Notes under the pieces: generated by a model | What the model was told of the DNA's origin: nothing | The model's database searches: none | Seen by the model: the letters and a program-made list of their open reading frames with translations, nothing else | Translations under genes and position numbers: made by a program | Source: Antedon mediterranea | Lineage: Eukaryota > Animalia > Echinodermata | DNA length: 64,000 bases | NCBI RefSeq assembly: GCF_964355755.1 | Contig: NC_092671.1 | Span: forward strand, 38,202,304 to 38,266,303 | Reading direction: 5' to 3' | Shown here: positions 41,101 through 53,100 of the stretch, one piece after another | Layout of the letters: each line of letters begins with the position of its first letter | Numbering within the stretch: position 1 is the stretch's first letter

Positions 41101-44100
41101 GGAATTGATCATTAAGGGCCCTCGATAACAAAAACAAACATATAAAATATTCAGAACAAGTTACAATATAGCGAAAGCTATTTTTATGCTCCAATTTGCT
41201 ATTGTTGAAAAAAGAAAGAATGAATATAAAACTGTCTTCCACCAAACATAAGCTTATGTTATATACTATAGTATGTGTCAATCTTGTATGTAAAATTCAT
41301 GTTTATCACAACACACATCTATATACACATGTAATATGACAGAATAAATAAAGCCCTTTACACAAATCAATATTGCATCAACTGATAGATTTTTGTGCTG
41401 GCTCATTATTAAATTTTCAATAATCTCATGAGACTTGGTATAAAGGTAAATTTGGAATTATGATAGTGCCATTGCCCATTGAACAGGTACAATATAATGA
41501 CTACCAGCCAAAACATATTATTATCTGATTATTAACATTCAAACCTAATTTCTTCTGTTCTACTTTCGCTTTAGAAAGTTTTTTTTTTTATCTTACCAAC
41601 GTCAAATCAAAAGGAAAAAACAAATTAATAAAATTCACCTAACATACTCCCTATGCAAATGAAGCAGGTGTTGAAAATTACCATAATCTTAACAGAACTG
41701 TCAAATTTGTTTAAATAGTGTTATCAATATTCATAATATGAAAATCAGCAACTTTTTAAAGCTTAAGCTCTGTCTACACTATCAAACTAGTTTGACAAAA
41801 AAGTGTGATGTGCCCAAATATGGTAGAGATATACTTAAATATGGTACAGTACTAATATGACATCATCATGTCCATATATGGGCACATCAAATTTTTTTTT
41901 GTTAGTTGGATAGTGTTGTTGTTAATTGAATAAGGTTAATGAATGAAGGAGTATTGAGTATAGAGAATAAATATCTAAATTCATTAATTAAAATATAATT
42001 ATTCTAATCAAGTTCAGACAGGTAAAATCTGACTGAACAAGTTAATTTATTCATAGATATTAACAATTATGAACAAGAATACAATATACTTCAGAATGTT
42101 TTGTCTAATTTCTACTTCACTATCTAACGTCAAAAGGTTTCAATCATTCAACTAGACAGCTATATTAAATCTTCACCTGTTCTCCTAGTGTACAATTGTA
42201 AGTGGCTTACTTACAATAATACCTTGGGCCATTTTCAAACATAAAGTTACATTTATGTCTGCGATTAATCTAAAGCTCTATCAAACTAGTTTGACAAAAA
42301 AAAAAGTGATGTGCCCAAAATATGGTAGTGATATTCTTAAATATGGTAGTGATATGACATCATTGTGTCCATATATGGGTACGGCACATTTTTTTCTCAC
42401 ATAAAGTTTGATAGTGTAGACAGAGCTTTAGGATGATGAAACAATGTGTTAATGTTATTTTATAATTTTATAGAATTCAAACATTTTTAAAAAGCAAAAA
42501 TAATCGTGATCGTGTGCTTATTGGTACAAAACAATCATGCTCGAGTGTAATCCAACCCCCTAATTTAGGCTAAAATGAGACACAAGAATTTGGTTAAAAT
42601 CAACGACAAACAGTACTTCCAAAATTTCGAAATATGAATAACCTTTGACCCATAAACTAATGTGAATACAGTACAATCTAATATAGTTACAGGCAAAATC
42701 AAATAGTGATTGATTAAAGTGGCAATGGTGTATAGATCCTCAAAATAACTACACATCAAACTTAGCCTAAGGTAAATACTTGTAAATTATCCTACCTTCA
42801 TTCTCAGGCCCCTCGATTATAACCTCCATGGAAAAGTTCATACTAAACCTACAACATTGGACAGTAGTAGCATGCTATCAGACTACATGATGACTGCGTT
42901 GCCGCCGGCCTAGCATACTGCTCGGTACAACCAGTATTCACTACTCATCCTCACTATCTATCTCATTCTGATATTCACTCTGTTTAAGCCAGTGCATTAA
43001 TATTGATTAACTACCTACCTGTGCTGCAGCCTACCGGTTTGCGCATCTTAATAATAAATTTTCCGAATCAGACTGCGTCAAATCGAGTTATGTACTGTCG
43101 TTCCGGCCAACTTTAATTAAAGCTTGAAAAATAATATCTATGTCTGATGATGTAGTAGTAGCTAACTGAGGTATTTAGATTTTTTAAATTTGTTTTTAGT
43201 TTTGGTAACATATTTCAAGTGGAATATCTGATGATGACTGAAGCATGATTCAATGACAATCAGACCAATTAAAATTGGTATCAGCTGCGACATAAGTTCC
43301 ATTACTATCACAAATATAAAAAGATTAATTACCAGAAATAATAAGCTAAAAAGAAGATAGTATAGTCTCTCATAAGTCTAAAAAACTAACTTATTTTAAT
43401 ATTTCTTACTTAGATTAATATAATTTGTTTAAATGTGTTTATTTACTTGTTTTACTCAATCCTAATTTTCATTACCACTTAGAAAATATATAAATGTAAT
43501 TAGTAAAGCAATTGATTATATTCTTAAAGCTCTGTCTACACTATCAAACTTTATGTGACAAAAAAATGTGCTGATATGGATATGATTATGTCATATCACT
43601 ACCATATTTGGGCATATTACAACCATATTTGGGCACATAACTTTTTTTGTCACACTAGTTTTTTATGTAGATAGAAAAAACATGATGATATAAGGATAGG
43701 CTTTAAGTCAATATCATAATAACTTAAGTTTATGCTTAATTAAGTCAGTTATGACAAATTTCTCTCCTTTATTTAATGTTGCAACAAAAGACGCTATTAT
43801 TTTGATACTCATAAAAATCAATCAAATCTTAATGCTAAAAATTGATTATAATTATATTTATAATTCATATAAATTCAACATGTCAATAATTAATAAGCTG
43901 TCTGATGACAAATGGTTTGTCACTGAATAGTCGAAGGTTTACCATTTGCGGATGTAGGCAGAGGCTAAACAGGCTTTAGCACCCCCTAAAATTGATTAGC
44001 CATGTCTTTTTAAAATAAAATAATGACTATTTTTATTTTTCTGCAACCTGCCGGATCATTTTTATCACTTATGAAATACTGTATTTAGCAAGCCTCCCCC

Positions 44101-47100
44101 CTAATCTATAATGCTAGATCTGCCCCTTTATAATGTAGGGTGAAGGTAAGAATGGGTTCAAATGGAGGGAGGTGGAGGATGAAATTAGTAAGATTCAAGA
44201 CATTTTATTGCTCCACTTTAAAATGGAAATTCGTTTTGCTTAGTTATTAAGACAATAAAACAAAAAGAAAAATAAACTGTACACCAAATTGAAAAAGGCA
44301 ATGTTAAATACTATTATATTAGGCCTATGTTAAAATACTGTTAAAAAACTATTAAAAATGCAGATTGCAAAAACCCCATAAGCCATGTAAAATACAAATA
44401 CAAATTATGTAAAGAAAGGAGGAAAGAACAGATTAGGATCAATTAGAGTTATAAAGAATATAATATATTCTTTAAAAAGGGATAACATTTGAAAATTAGT
44501 TTTAAAAAACAGTTAAAATAAATGTTTTTTTTTTTTTTAAACATTATCAATTAGACATCTAGGGGTTCTATGGATTAAAACATTTTTAAAATCCTACCAT
44601 TTAAGGAATTATAAATAAAAATGTTTAAATTCCTGAATCAAATTAACATTGTGATAAAACATTGATGCATTATATTAAATTAATTATAAATATAGTGTAG
44701 CAATCAACGATAAACATATCCATATTTAGAGTGTTGTTAATCAACCTTGTGCCTCAGTACACAGCAGCTACTGAGCATAAAAATGGATTAAAATCAAATA
44801 TAAAACACTGATAAACTGATAATAACATTGGTATTAATGATGTTTTAATGTTATTAATCCCCGCGTGAAGGATTATATAAAGATTAGTTTAATACGCTGA
44901 CAAAAATCCTTTTCTATATCACTACAGCAACAGGTAAATCTATCATCATACTTTGGCTTGTCTTTATAATAATTATGAGTAAATTTATAAACACAAACAT
45001 CATCATTTTCTTGATGAAATAAAAGCAAAATAATACTAACACCACTTAATAAATAATTGGTACCAAAACTAGAAATACTAATAAATAATTGGTACCAAAA
45101 CTAGAAATACTAATAAATAATTGGTAATTGGTACAAAAACTAGAAACACTAATCGATAATTGGTACAAAAACTAGAAATACTAATCGATCAATAATTGGT
45201 AATTGGTACCAAAACTAGAAACACTGATAAATAATTGGTACAAAAACTAGAAATACTAATCGATCAATAATTGGTAATTGGTACCAAAACTAGAAACACT
45301 GATCAATAATTAGTACCAAAAACAGAAACATTAATCGATTAACAATTGGTAATTGGTACAAAAACTAGAAACACTGATCAATAATTGGTACCAAAAACAG
45401 AAACATTAATCGATTAACAATTGGTAATTGGTACAAAAACTGAAAACACTAATCAATATTGGTATTAATATTGTCCATATCTTCCACCATGTTTTTTTGT
45501 CTGATAAAGCATAAAAGCAACCCTACAGTAACTTTATCACTAAATAATTGCATGCATACTATCATGCTTTCATTTTAAGAACCTTTTTAGATGAACTGTA
45601 TTAAACAATAAAATATTACTAGTGCTAGATTCCAACACCCAATAAAAACAACACAATAACCATTATCCAAAAACAATGTGACTCATTAGTCTAACTCACG
45701 AAGTAATCAAAATACATATAAACGAGTCACAAGTTGACATCTTGGCTACATGCACACTATATAACAGGATACAACCCATAAGTCAGATCATTGCATTATA
45801 TTACTCATGGGAGTCAATTTGGAAGTTAATAATTTAAAAGTTATTAAGCCTGGCAAATAACCAACTTTTAAAAGGATGCCATTATGCATAGAAAATATTG
45901 GTGCATTTGAAAATAACACTGAAGGAGGTAGAGAGATTACACAAATTACACATAGTGATAAGGCAGTGTCATTGGATAGTAACAGTAGTTACCGTATTTA
46001 TTCAAGTAAACGCCTCCCACGAATAGAGACCCCCCCCCCACCACCACCCACACCAGTAGAACATCATCTTGAATAAATCACACCCCCCCCCCACACTTCC
46101 CCTCAAATAAATGCCCTCTATCAAAAGAAGATGGACTGTGGCGATTCAAGGTAAATAGGACAATTTATTTATTTCCTCAAATAAAACACATGCACAAATA
46201 CACAATATTGTATTACAACACATTTGTAGTAGAATTCATTGATTGACATGATCTAAAATTTACCAAGCATTTTGATACAATTATTAACTTTATCACTTAT
46301 TATTTTTTCATATCTTGGGGTATTTAATTGCTTACACATGTTACCATATTACACCCAAAAAAAATAAACCCATCCCCCAAATAAACACATCCCCCGAATA
46401 AACTCCTCCCACAAATAAATACCTCCCAAATAAACTCTTCTCTCAAATAAACGTCCACCTCAAATACCCCCACCCCTAAAAAACCGCTCTGAACAATACA
46501 CATCCTGGGGCGTTTATTCAAATAAATATGGTAATAACAGTACAGTAGTATCAATAAGCAGGCAAAAGCAGGGTAGTGATGACATTAAAAATATAATCAC
46601 ACAATACAATCAGGAGTAAAAATTTCTTGATAAAAATGAAAGTGTAAAAGTTCACAATATTTTTTTATTGGTTATCAGATCTAATCTTAAATATTAATAA
46701 AACCTGTTTGATGAAACAGAATGTTTCATTTCTGTATAAAGTTACTAAAAATGACAAAACATTGCTGCACGCTCTCACGTAAACAAGGTCTTTATTTTAA
46801 GCATACCCAAAATGTTTCAAATCGAGAAAGAAAAACATTGTTGGAAATGTAACAATTTGCATTATGATACTACGAGTGGAGAATAGTTATTCCATTGTAT
46901 ATTTAGCATAGTACGCAATGAACAAGCATCATAAAATAACGCTAATTAACGTTTACCATTTAAATAAATATTAATTACAATGGCAGGATTCTGAAATAGG
47001 CCCAGTGCCTAATGATAAGATGAAGGGCTATACTGAACTGAATCTTTTTGTACATTTCAACAACTTAGGGGCCCTGGGATTACTGGACCCCTGGTTCAGC

Positions 47101-50100
47101 CTATGAACACATTTACTGTTGAGGAAAAAGGTTTTTTCCCAAATAGAATGCACAAAATAAACAAAGTTGACGACAAACAATCTGTTATCAAAATCATAAA
47201 ATGTTCTAAAAATCTGAATAAAACACTATATAGATTAATTACACCATACATACTTAATAACATTCTACAAACAATATAACTATAAAATCCAATTTACTAA
47301 ATGTTTGTACAACATTCTTCAGAATCTAATACTTGCATAAATGTGATGTGCCCATATATGGACACGATGATGTCATATCACTACCATATTTGTGCATATC
47401 ACTACCATATTTGTGCATATCACTACCATATTTGTGCATATCACTACCATATTTGTGCATATCACTACCATATTTGTGCATATCACTACCATATTTGGGA
47501 ACATCACACTTTTTTTTTTCAAACTAGTTTGATAGTGTACACAGAGTTTTACATTATTCATTTGTTTCAAAACTTCCAACAGAAAAAATATGAATCATCG
47601 ATTCAAACAAATTTGCAATCAGACTACAAGTCAATAATTGTGATGCAACTTACCAGGAGGACTAGAAGAAGTTCCCCACCAATTAAACTTTGTTTTCTTC
47701 TTTAAAAACGCCATTGTTTTAGCAAAATGACGGTGCGAAGCATCTGATTGTTATGGCGCATCTAATTCAAATCATGAATTCACAAACCAGTCATAGGAAA
47801 TTAGTTAAAATCGCAAAAGGAAATCACTGCCCAAGGTGATCGCTGCAGATCGTGGGTTTACGCAGAACAAAAAGCTTTGACAACATACTTTGTTTCGAGA
47901 CATTTCCGTCGAGGTAAATAAACAAAGGTGCAACAAATTCGTGCTAATTCGGTCAGACAAAAAGAAAGAGACAACAAGGCCGGTCATAGTATCACCTGAT
48001 GAATAAATAAATGAACTAACTTTTGTTGGCATTAATCCTAAACAACTTGAAAGCTGTGGTTTAGATTCTAATAGAGGTTTCCTATTCAATTCAATTGTGG
48101 TTCATATAAGTTTAGTGTGAATTTATTTTAAAAAGCCAATTCATTATAAATTTGTATTTAATATATGAATTATTTTTCACACAGTTGAGTTGTAAATTGC
48201 TGGGGTTTTACCTTCAAAACATCAGCAATCTTTCCAGTCACCATAAATGTTTAGGGTTTAAATTGATAATTGAAATTTTACACCTAGTTGCTTCTATTGA
48301 CTTTCACATTGGAAAAACTCAATAACTTTCCTAATAATTGTGGGAGTTTCTCCGATATTTATTAGATTTAGTGCTAAAGATGAAATTTACTTTTAGTTAA
48401 AAACACAACGCATATTTCACACTTGGAAAGCATAAGGCTCACCAATTCAATTCAATTTTTCCAAGTTGCGACCTTTGTCATGTTATACTGTTATACTAGT
48501 GTAATATTAGTACCAGGCAAGCATGAAATGTTTTCAATCCTCTTTTTCACAACTTACCCATAATTTGTTAAAACCACACCCATAATTTTTCAAAACCACA
48601 CCAATCATTTTTTTCAAAAACACACCCATGACTTTTCAAAACTATACCTACAATTGTTTTTCAAGAGAAATGTTAAGGTTTTTGCAACCACATTCATGTT
48701 TTCTAAACACATGTTTTTTTTTAAAATCCAGACTAATTTGTTAATGCCACACCTAAGCTTTTCAAAGCCACACCCATCTTTGTAATAACCATAAACATAC
48801 TTTTTGCAGAATACACTAATTTTTTCCAAACGTATCAATTCACAAACATACCTAGTTTTTTAAACTACACACATTAAACCACACATATTGACGTCCTGTA
48901 CAAAATTTCTAATAAAACTTTCATAATTGATGACAAAATATACACAATATCCATAATTCCTATGAGACTCGGTAATATTATAGACGAATATGTAAAATAA
49001 AATACCTGTAATGATGACAGACATCCTATCACGCCTATGAACACTGTAAAACACCAAACAAGGTGTGTGCTATACCATGTTTTATACTATATTATTCAGG
49101 TATTAATCCTTGCAGTAATAACCTAACAACATGTTATCATAATTATATGCAGGTTGAAGAATAGCAACTCACAATAAGCAGTATATTATGACTCATTAAT
49201 AACATCCAACATGGCTGCCTACACGAGTAATCAACAACCACCTTACCTATCCCATCATTCATATCGCACTCCATCTCCTCGGCAAAATCGTACAGATTAT
49301 CTTGAAGGTCCAAGCATCCATTTTTCAAAGGCATGGGATTTCCATCCGATAATAAGTCCAAAACGGTGGATACATCTCGTTGAAACGACGCCCTATTTCT
49401 ATTTTCCATTATCTGATATAAGCATTAATTATGACAGCCCCACGAGACAGTGTCTAATGTATAAATACTTGTAGTAATAATAATAATGCTAGGAGTTCAC
49501 AGCTAGGTTCATCGCGGATATAATTCGTAAAATTCCTTCAATTCACCGGTATAAATTTAACTTAGCATCATATAAGCGGTAATTATTCCTCCTCTTATAT
49601 ATTCCCTGTATAATAATCAGCTTCACATCTGTCTGTACAAAAGCCAGGCTCATGCAATATCACAATTACGTTTACCTTCAAAGATCAATATGACAAACAT
49701 ATTTTAGTTCGCAAGTGGCCAAGTTGCTAATAATGAGAAAATGTTCTGTCTGGGTTTACAACTGGTTCCATGAGTACAACAATCTGCTATAGTATTTCCA
49801 ATAAACAAACTCCAAAATGTAAAAGGTTGAGTCTCTCATATTAATATATTGTATCTGACAGCCTGACTGATAACATCAAGAAAGTGTATATGCTTAGTGA
49901 GAAAAGTAACGGTTGAATAGAGATGGGAGAAGTTCACACGCCGAAGAGCAAATACCAATATTCAATATTAAGATTGAAGGCAGGAGAAATCAATGACCGC
50001 GATTCATCCCCGACGGACTTAACTATAAAACTTAATTATAGACGTTGATCAGCGGTACACCATGTACAGCAGACACCGACAACAGATTCACCGAGATGAA

Positions 50101-53100
50101 GAAGAGCTCTGGATGTCACCTTTGACCTTGAACTATCTAAAGCTGGTGAGGTATCAGTTGCTATTTAGACCCGGTCAGGTAAGCATTGAACAATTGCATT
50201 CACAACTGGTTGTGTTAACACACAACGCTTTCTTAGTCTTTTGTCACACTCGCTTAAACCGACGTCTAAATCCTCCCTCCTAACAAAGATAATTACTGAT
50301 TAAGCTCATTGTATTGATTATTCATCATCCACTCACCGGAGGTCATAACCTTTTGAGAAAGTATTTTCTTATCTCTGCGTCATCTTTCATTTTAAAGTTT
50401 AAATTATCTTGTTAGCTAGCAATAGTACAAAATATTTGTCTCTATATTGTTTAGTTTGAAAATTCCCATGAGTTGATAAAATACTAATGATAATACAAAT
50501 GATACACAAAAGATCAATAAGATATTCAATTCAAAGACCATGAAATGGTTTCAATTCATTTAAATATTCTCGCATAAATAAATTACCATACGAATAACAG
50601 TAAATAATCCTATTAGCATAAAAAGGGAAAAACACAATGGTTGATCATGTCCAGTGGAATGGTCAGCGAGTGAATGACCAGATTATGATTGCTATATGAT
50701 ATTCAAAATTTCTACCAAATTAAAAACTATGTTTAAACGAGTGAAATCCCTTTGTTTTGAGAGGATACAAAGGTGTGAATCGGACAATAGACTGGGGAAT
50801 GATTGATATTTTGTTTGGTGTAACTTTGATTCAGTTTAATAGTGACCAGACAATGGGTATTAGAAAATCTACTGAGCCTGAAAAACAATGAAATGAAAGA
50901 ACATGGACAAAGATGTTGAAAACTGTCCATCATTTCAAACAGATGTTTGATTATAACAGTTTGTACTTGTACAGGTTCACCAGCCATTCTAATTCAAATA
51001 ATAAGTAACAATATTTCGCAATTTTAACAAAAAATTGTATCATTTATTGCCAGTGAGAATAAATGTATAGTTTTATTTAAAACTCACATTTCAACAGCAG
51101 GTTAAATTAATTCATATTTGAATCAATAACTAATAATTAAAACAGGGAATAATTTAGTAAGTGTAGCATAGCAAAAAGCTATACAAAACAACTTTTTTGC
51201 TACAAATTTCTAAAATTCTGTAGCAACAAAATACAATACAAAACTATGTTTCTCAACTCAAAAATCAGTTTGATTAGCAATATTGCTAAAAATAAAATAA
51301 TAAAATGAAATTTTCCCAGTAAAAAAATTTTTTTTTCTTCAAATGTGCAATAGAACTTGAAACAGTTAGAACAGATTCCTAAACATGTAATCAAATTGAC
51401 CAAAACATGACGAACATCAATATCTCATACAGAAGGGAGTAACAATGGGCTTCATAAGAGAGAAAACGAACAAAGAACTTGCTTCTTTGTTCTGTTAGAA
51501 ATTTCATTAAGATTAATAATAATAATGTAATGCTGTATCATTGATTAATTTCTAATAGTGTAATGACATTATCACTATTTGCCTAACAATAGAGGGCATA
51601 CATGTGTTTTTTATAAAATAGAGGGCGCTACTACAAACAATATTATGTTTTGTAAGCCTACACAATAGGATATTATTTGAGTGGGAGGCAACTCATACAA
51701 ACACATTAGGTCAGGTCGCAGTACATCCTCTAAATGATCAAAGTCTAAATGCTTGTTGGGTTTTTCCACAAGTAGTTCCCAGCATAAAGTATAAAAATAT
51801 TGCAAGACAAATGACAGTTGGTCCCTTTAAAACTGATGATATATATATTTTTTAAATTTAAGGTCTGTAACTGTATTAGTACATGAACAACTCTTACTTT
51901 TATCTATAAATCTTGTATATAAATTTGTAAAATGAGTTTTATATCAGATTAAAAAATGTCATTTTCCAATTCAGATTACATTGATATCTTTAGAGGACAA
52001 TAAAGGTGAGATATTTATCTGTATTTGTTTAGGTATTTAAAATACCTTTCTGTGAACTCTGCTATTTACTTTACTAGTTGTTATCTGACATTTTTAACTA
52101 TCAATTATTTACAAGTATAGTACACAACATTATCACTGCATCGTCCAACACAATTTTCAATAGATGACTTATTACTTAGTCATACTCATATTGTAATATA
52201 GTATTTACTGAGACTATCACAAAAAATATTTATATTCTGAAAATCTCTTTTCTTTATTTGCTGTATGTTCTATTATTGTTCAAGTTCAAGTTATTTTTAT
52301 TAGAGGTATTGTATTGTGCAAAACTGATTGCAGAAAAATAATAAATAAAATAAAAATCAACGAAATACTTCACCCAGGTTTCGACCTACAATAATTAGAA
52401 AAAAATATTAGATTTGATTAAATTGGCCGTGAATATTATAATGTAAACAAATTCAACGTGTAATTTTACGATGTTTTAATAAATATACTGTATCAAATTT
52501 GAATCCATCAAAATATGACCGTAATAACTGAAAAGATGTTGTCGTGAATTAATATTAAATTTTAAAAACATGAAAAAATATATCTAGGATCAACAGGTTG
52601 TCTACAAAAAATTAAAGATGTTGGATATCTCAACTTCTTTTACGCCTTATGGGCATGTCATTAGAGAATAAGAATCTAAAGAATATGATTTCACTTTTAC
52701 GTTACCGATGTTTACCAGCTAGGCCTACAAAACTAAGCCTAGCTAGGCTAGGCCTAAAGACCGTCCACGAGAGGTCGATCGCCGCGAGCTACTTAGGTAG
52801 TGCATTGTTTCTCACTTTTTATCATAATTTACCATAAAACGTACATTTAAGACAAGGAATGACATGGTTTAATGTTTTTAAAGTGATATATATGTATTAT
52901 TTTCCAAAAAACGTCAAAAATTGCAGGGAAGGGGTCTTTCACTTTTGGAACGTTAAGGATAATGTCCTCAGCGATCATATGATCGTATTTATCTATACAG
53001 TTAGTAAGTCTGACAACGCCAATCTCAAGAATTTTACCTAATTGTAATCATGAAGGACATACAATGTTTTTAAAGCCGTGAGGTGGTTTCCCGAATGATC

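Noticed and set aside
42856-42868. 13-nt match CTACTGTCCAATG (rc) to U4atac snRNA as I recall it; human RNU4ATAC lies in CLASP1 intron 2
   Set aside because: Flanks do not match U4atac, there is no Sm site, and such a match is expected by chance. The equivalent intron lies beyond the right edge of the window; an Rfam RF00618 scan upstream would be the proper test.
48212-48244. ORF MVTGKIADVLK|gtaaaa as an alternative first exon
   Set aside because: Phase 0, incompatible with the 39511 acceptor, and the donor is weak.
48558-48561. ATG G|gtaagt phase-1 mini first exon
   Set aside because: Embedded in an AAACCACACCCATAA tandem repeat; most likely chance.
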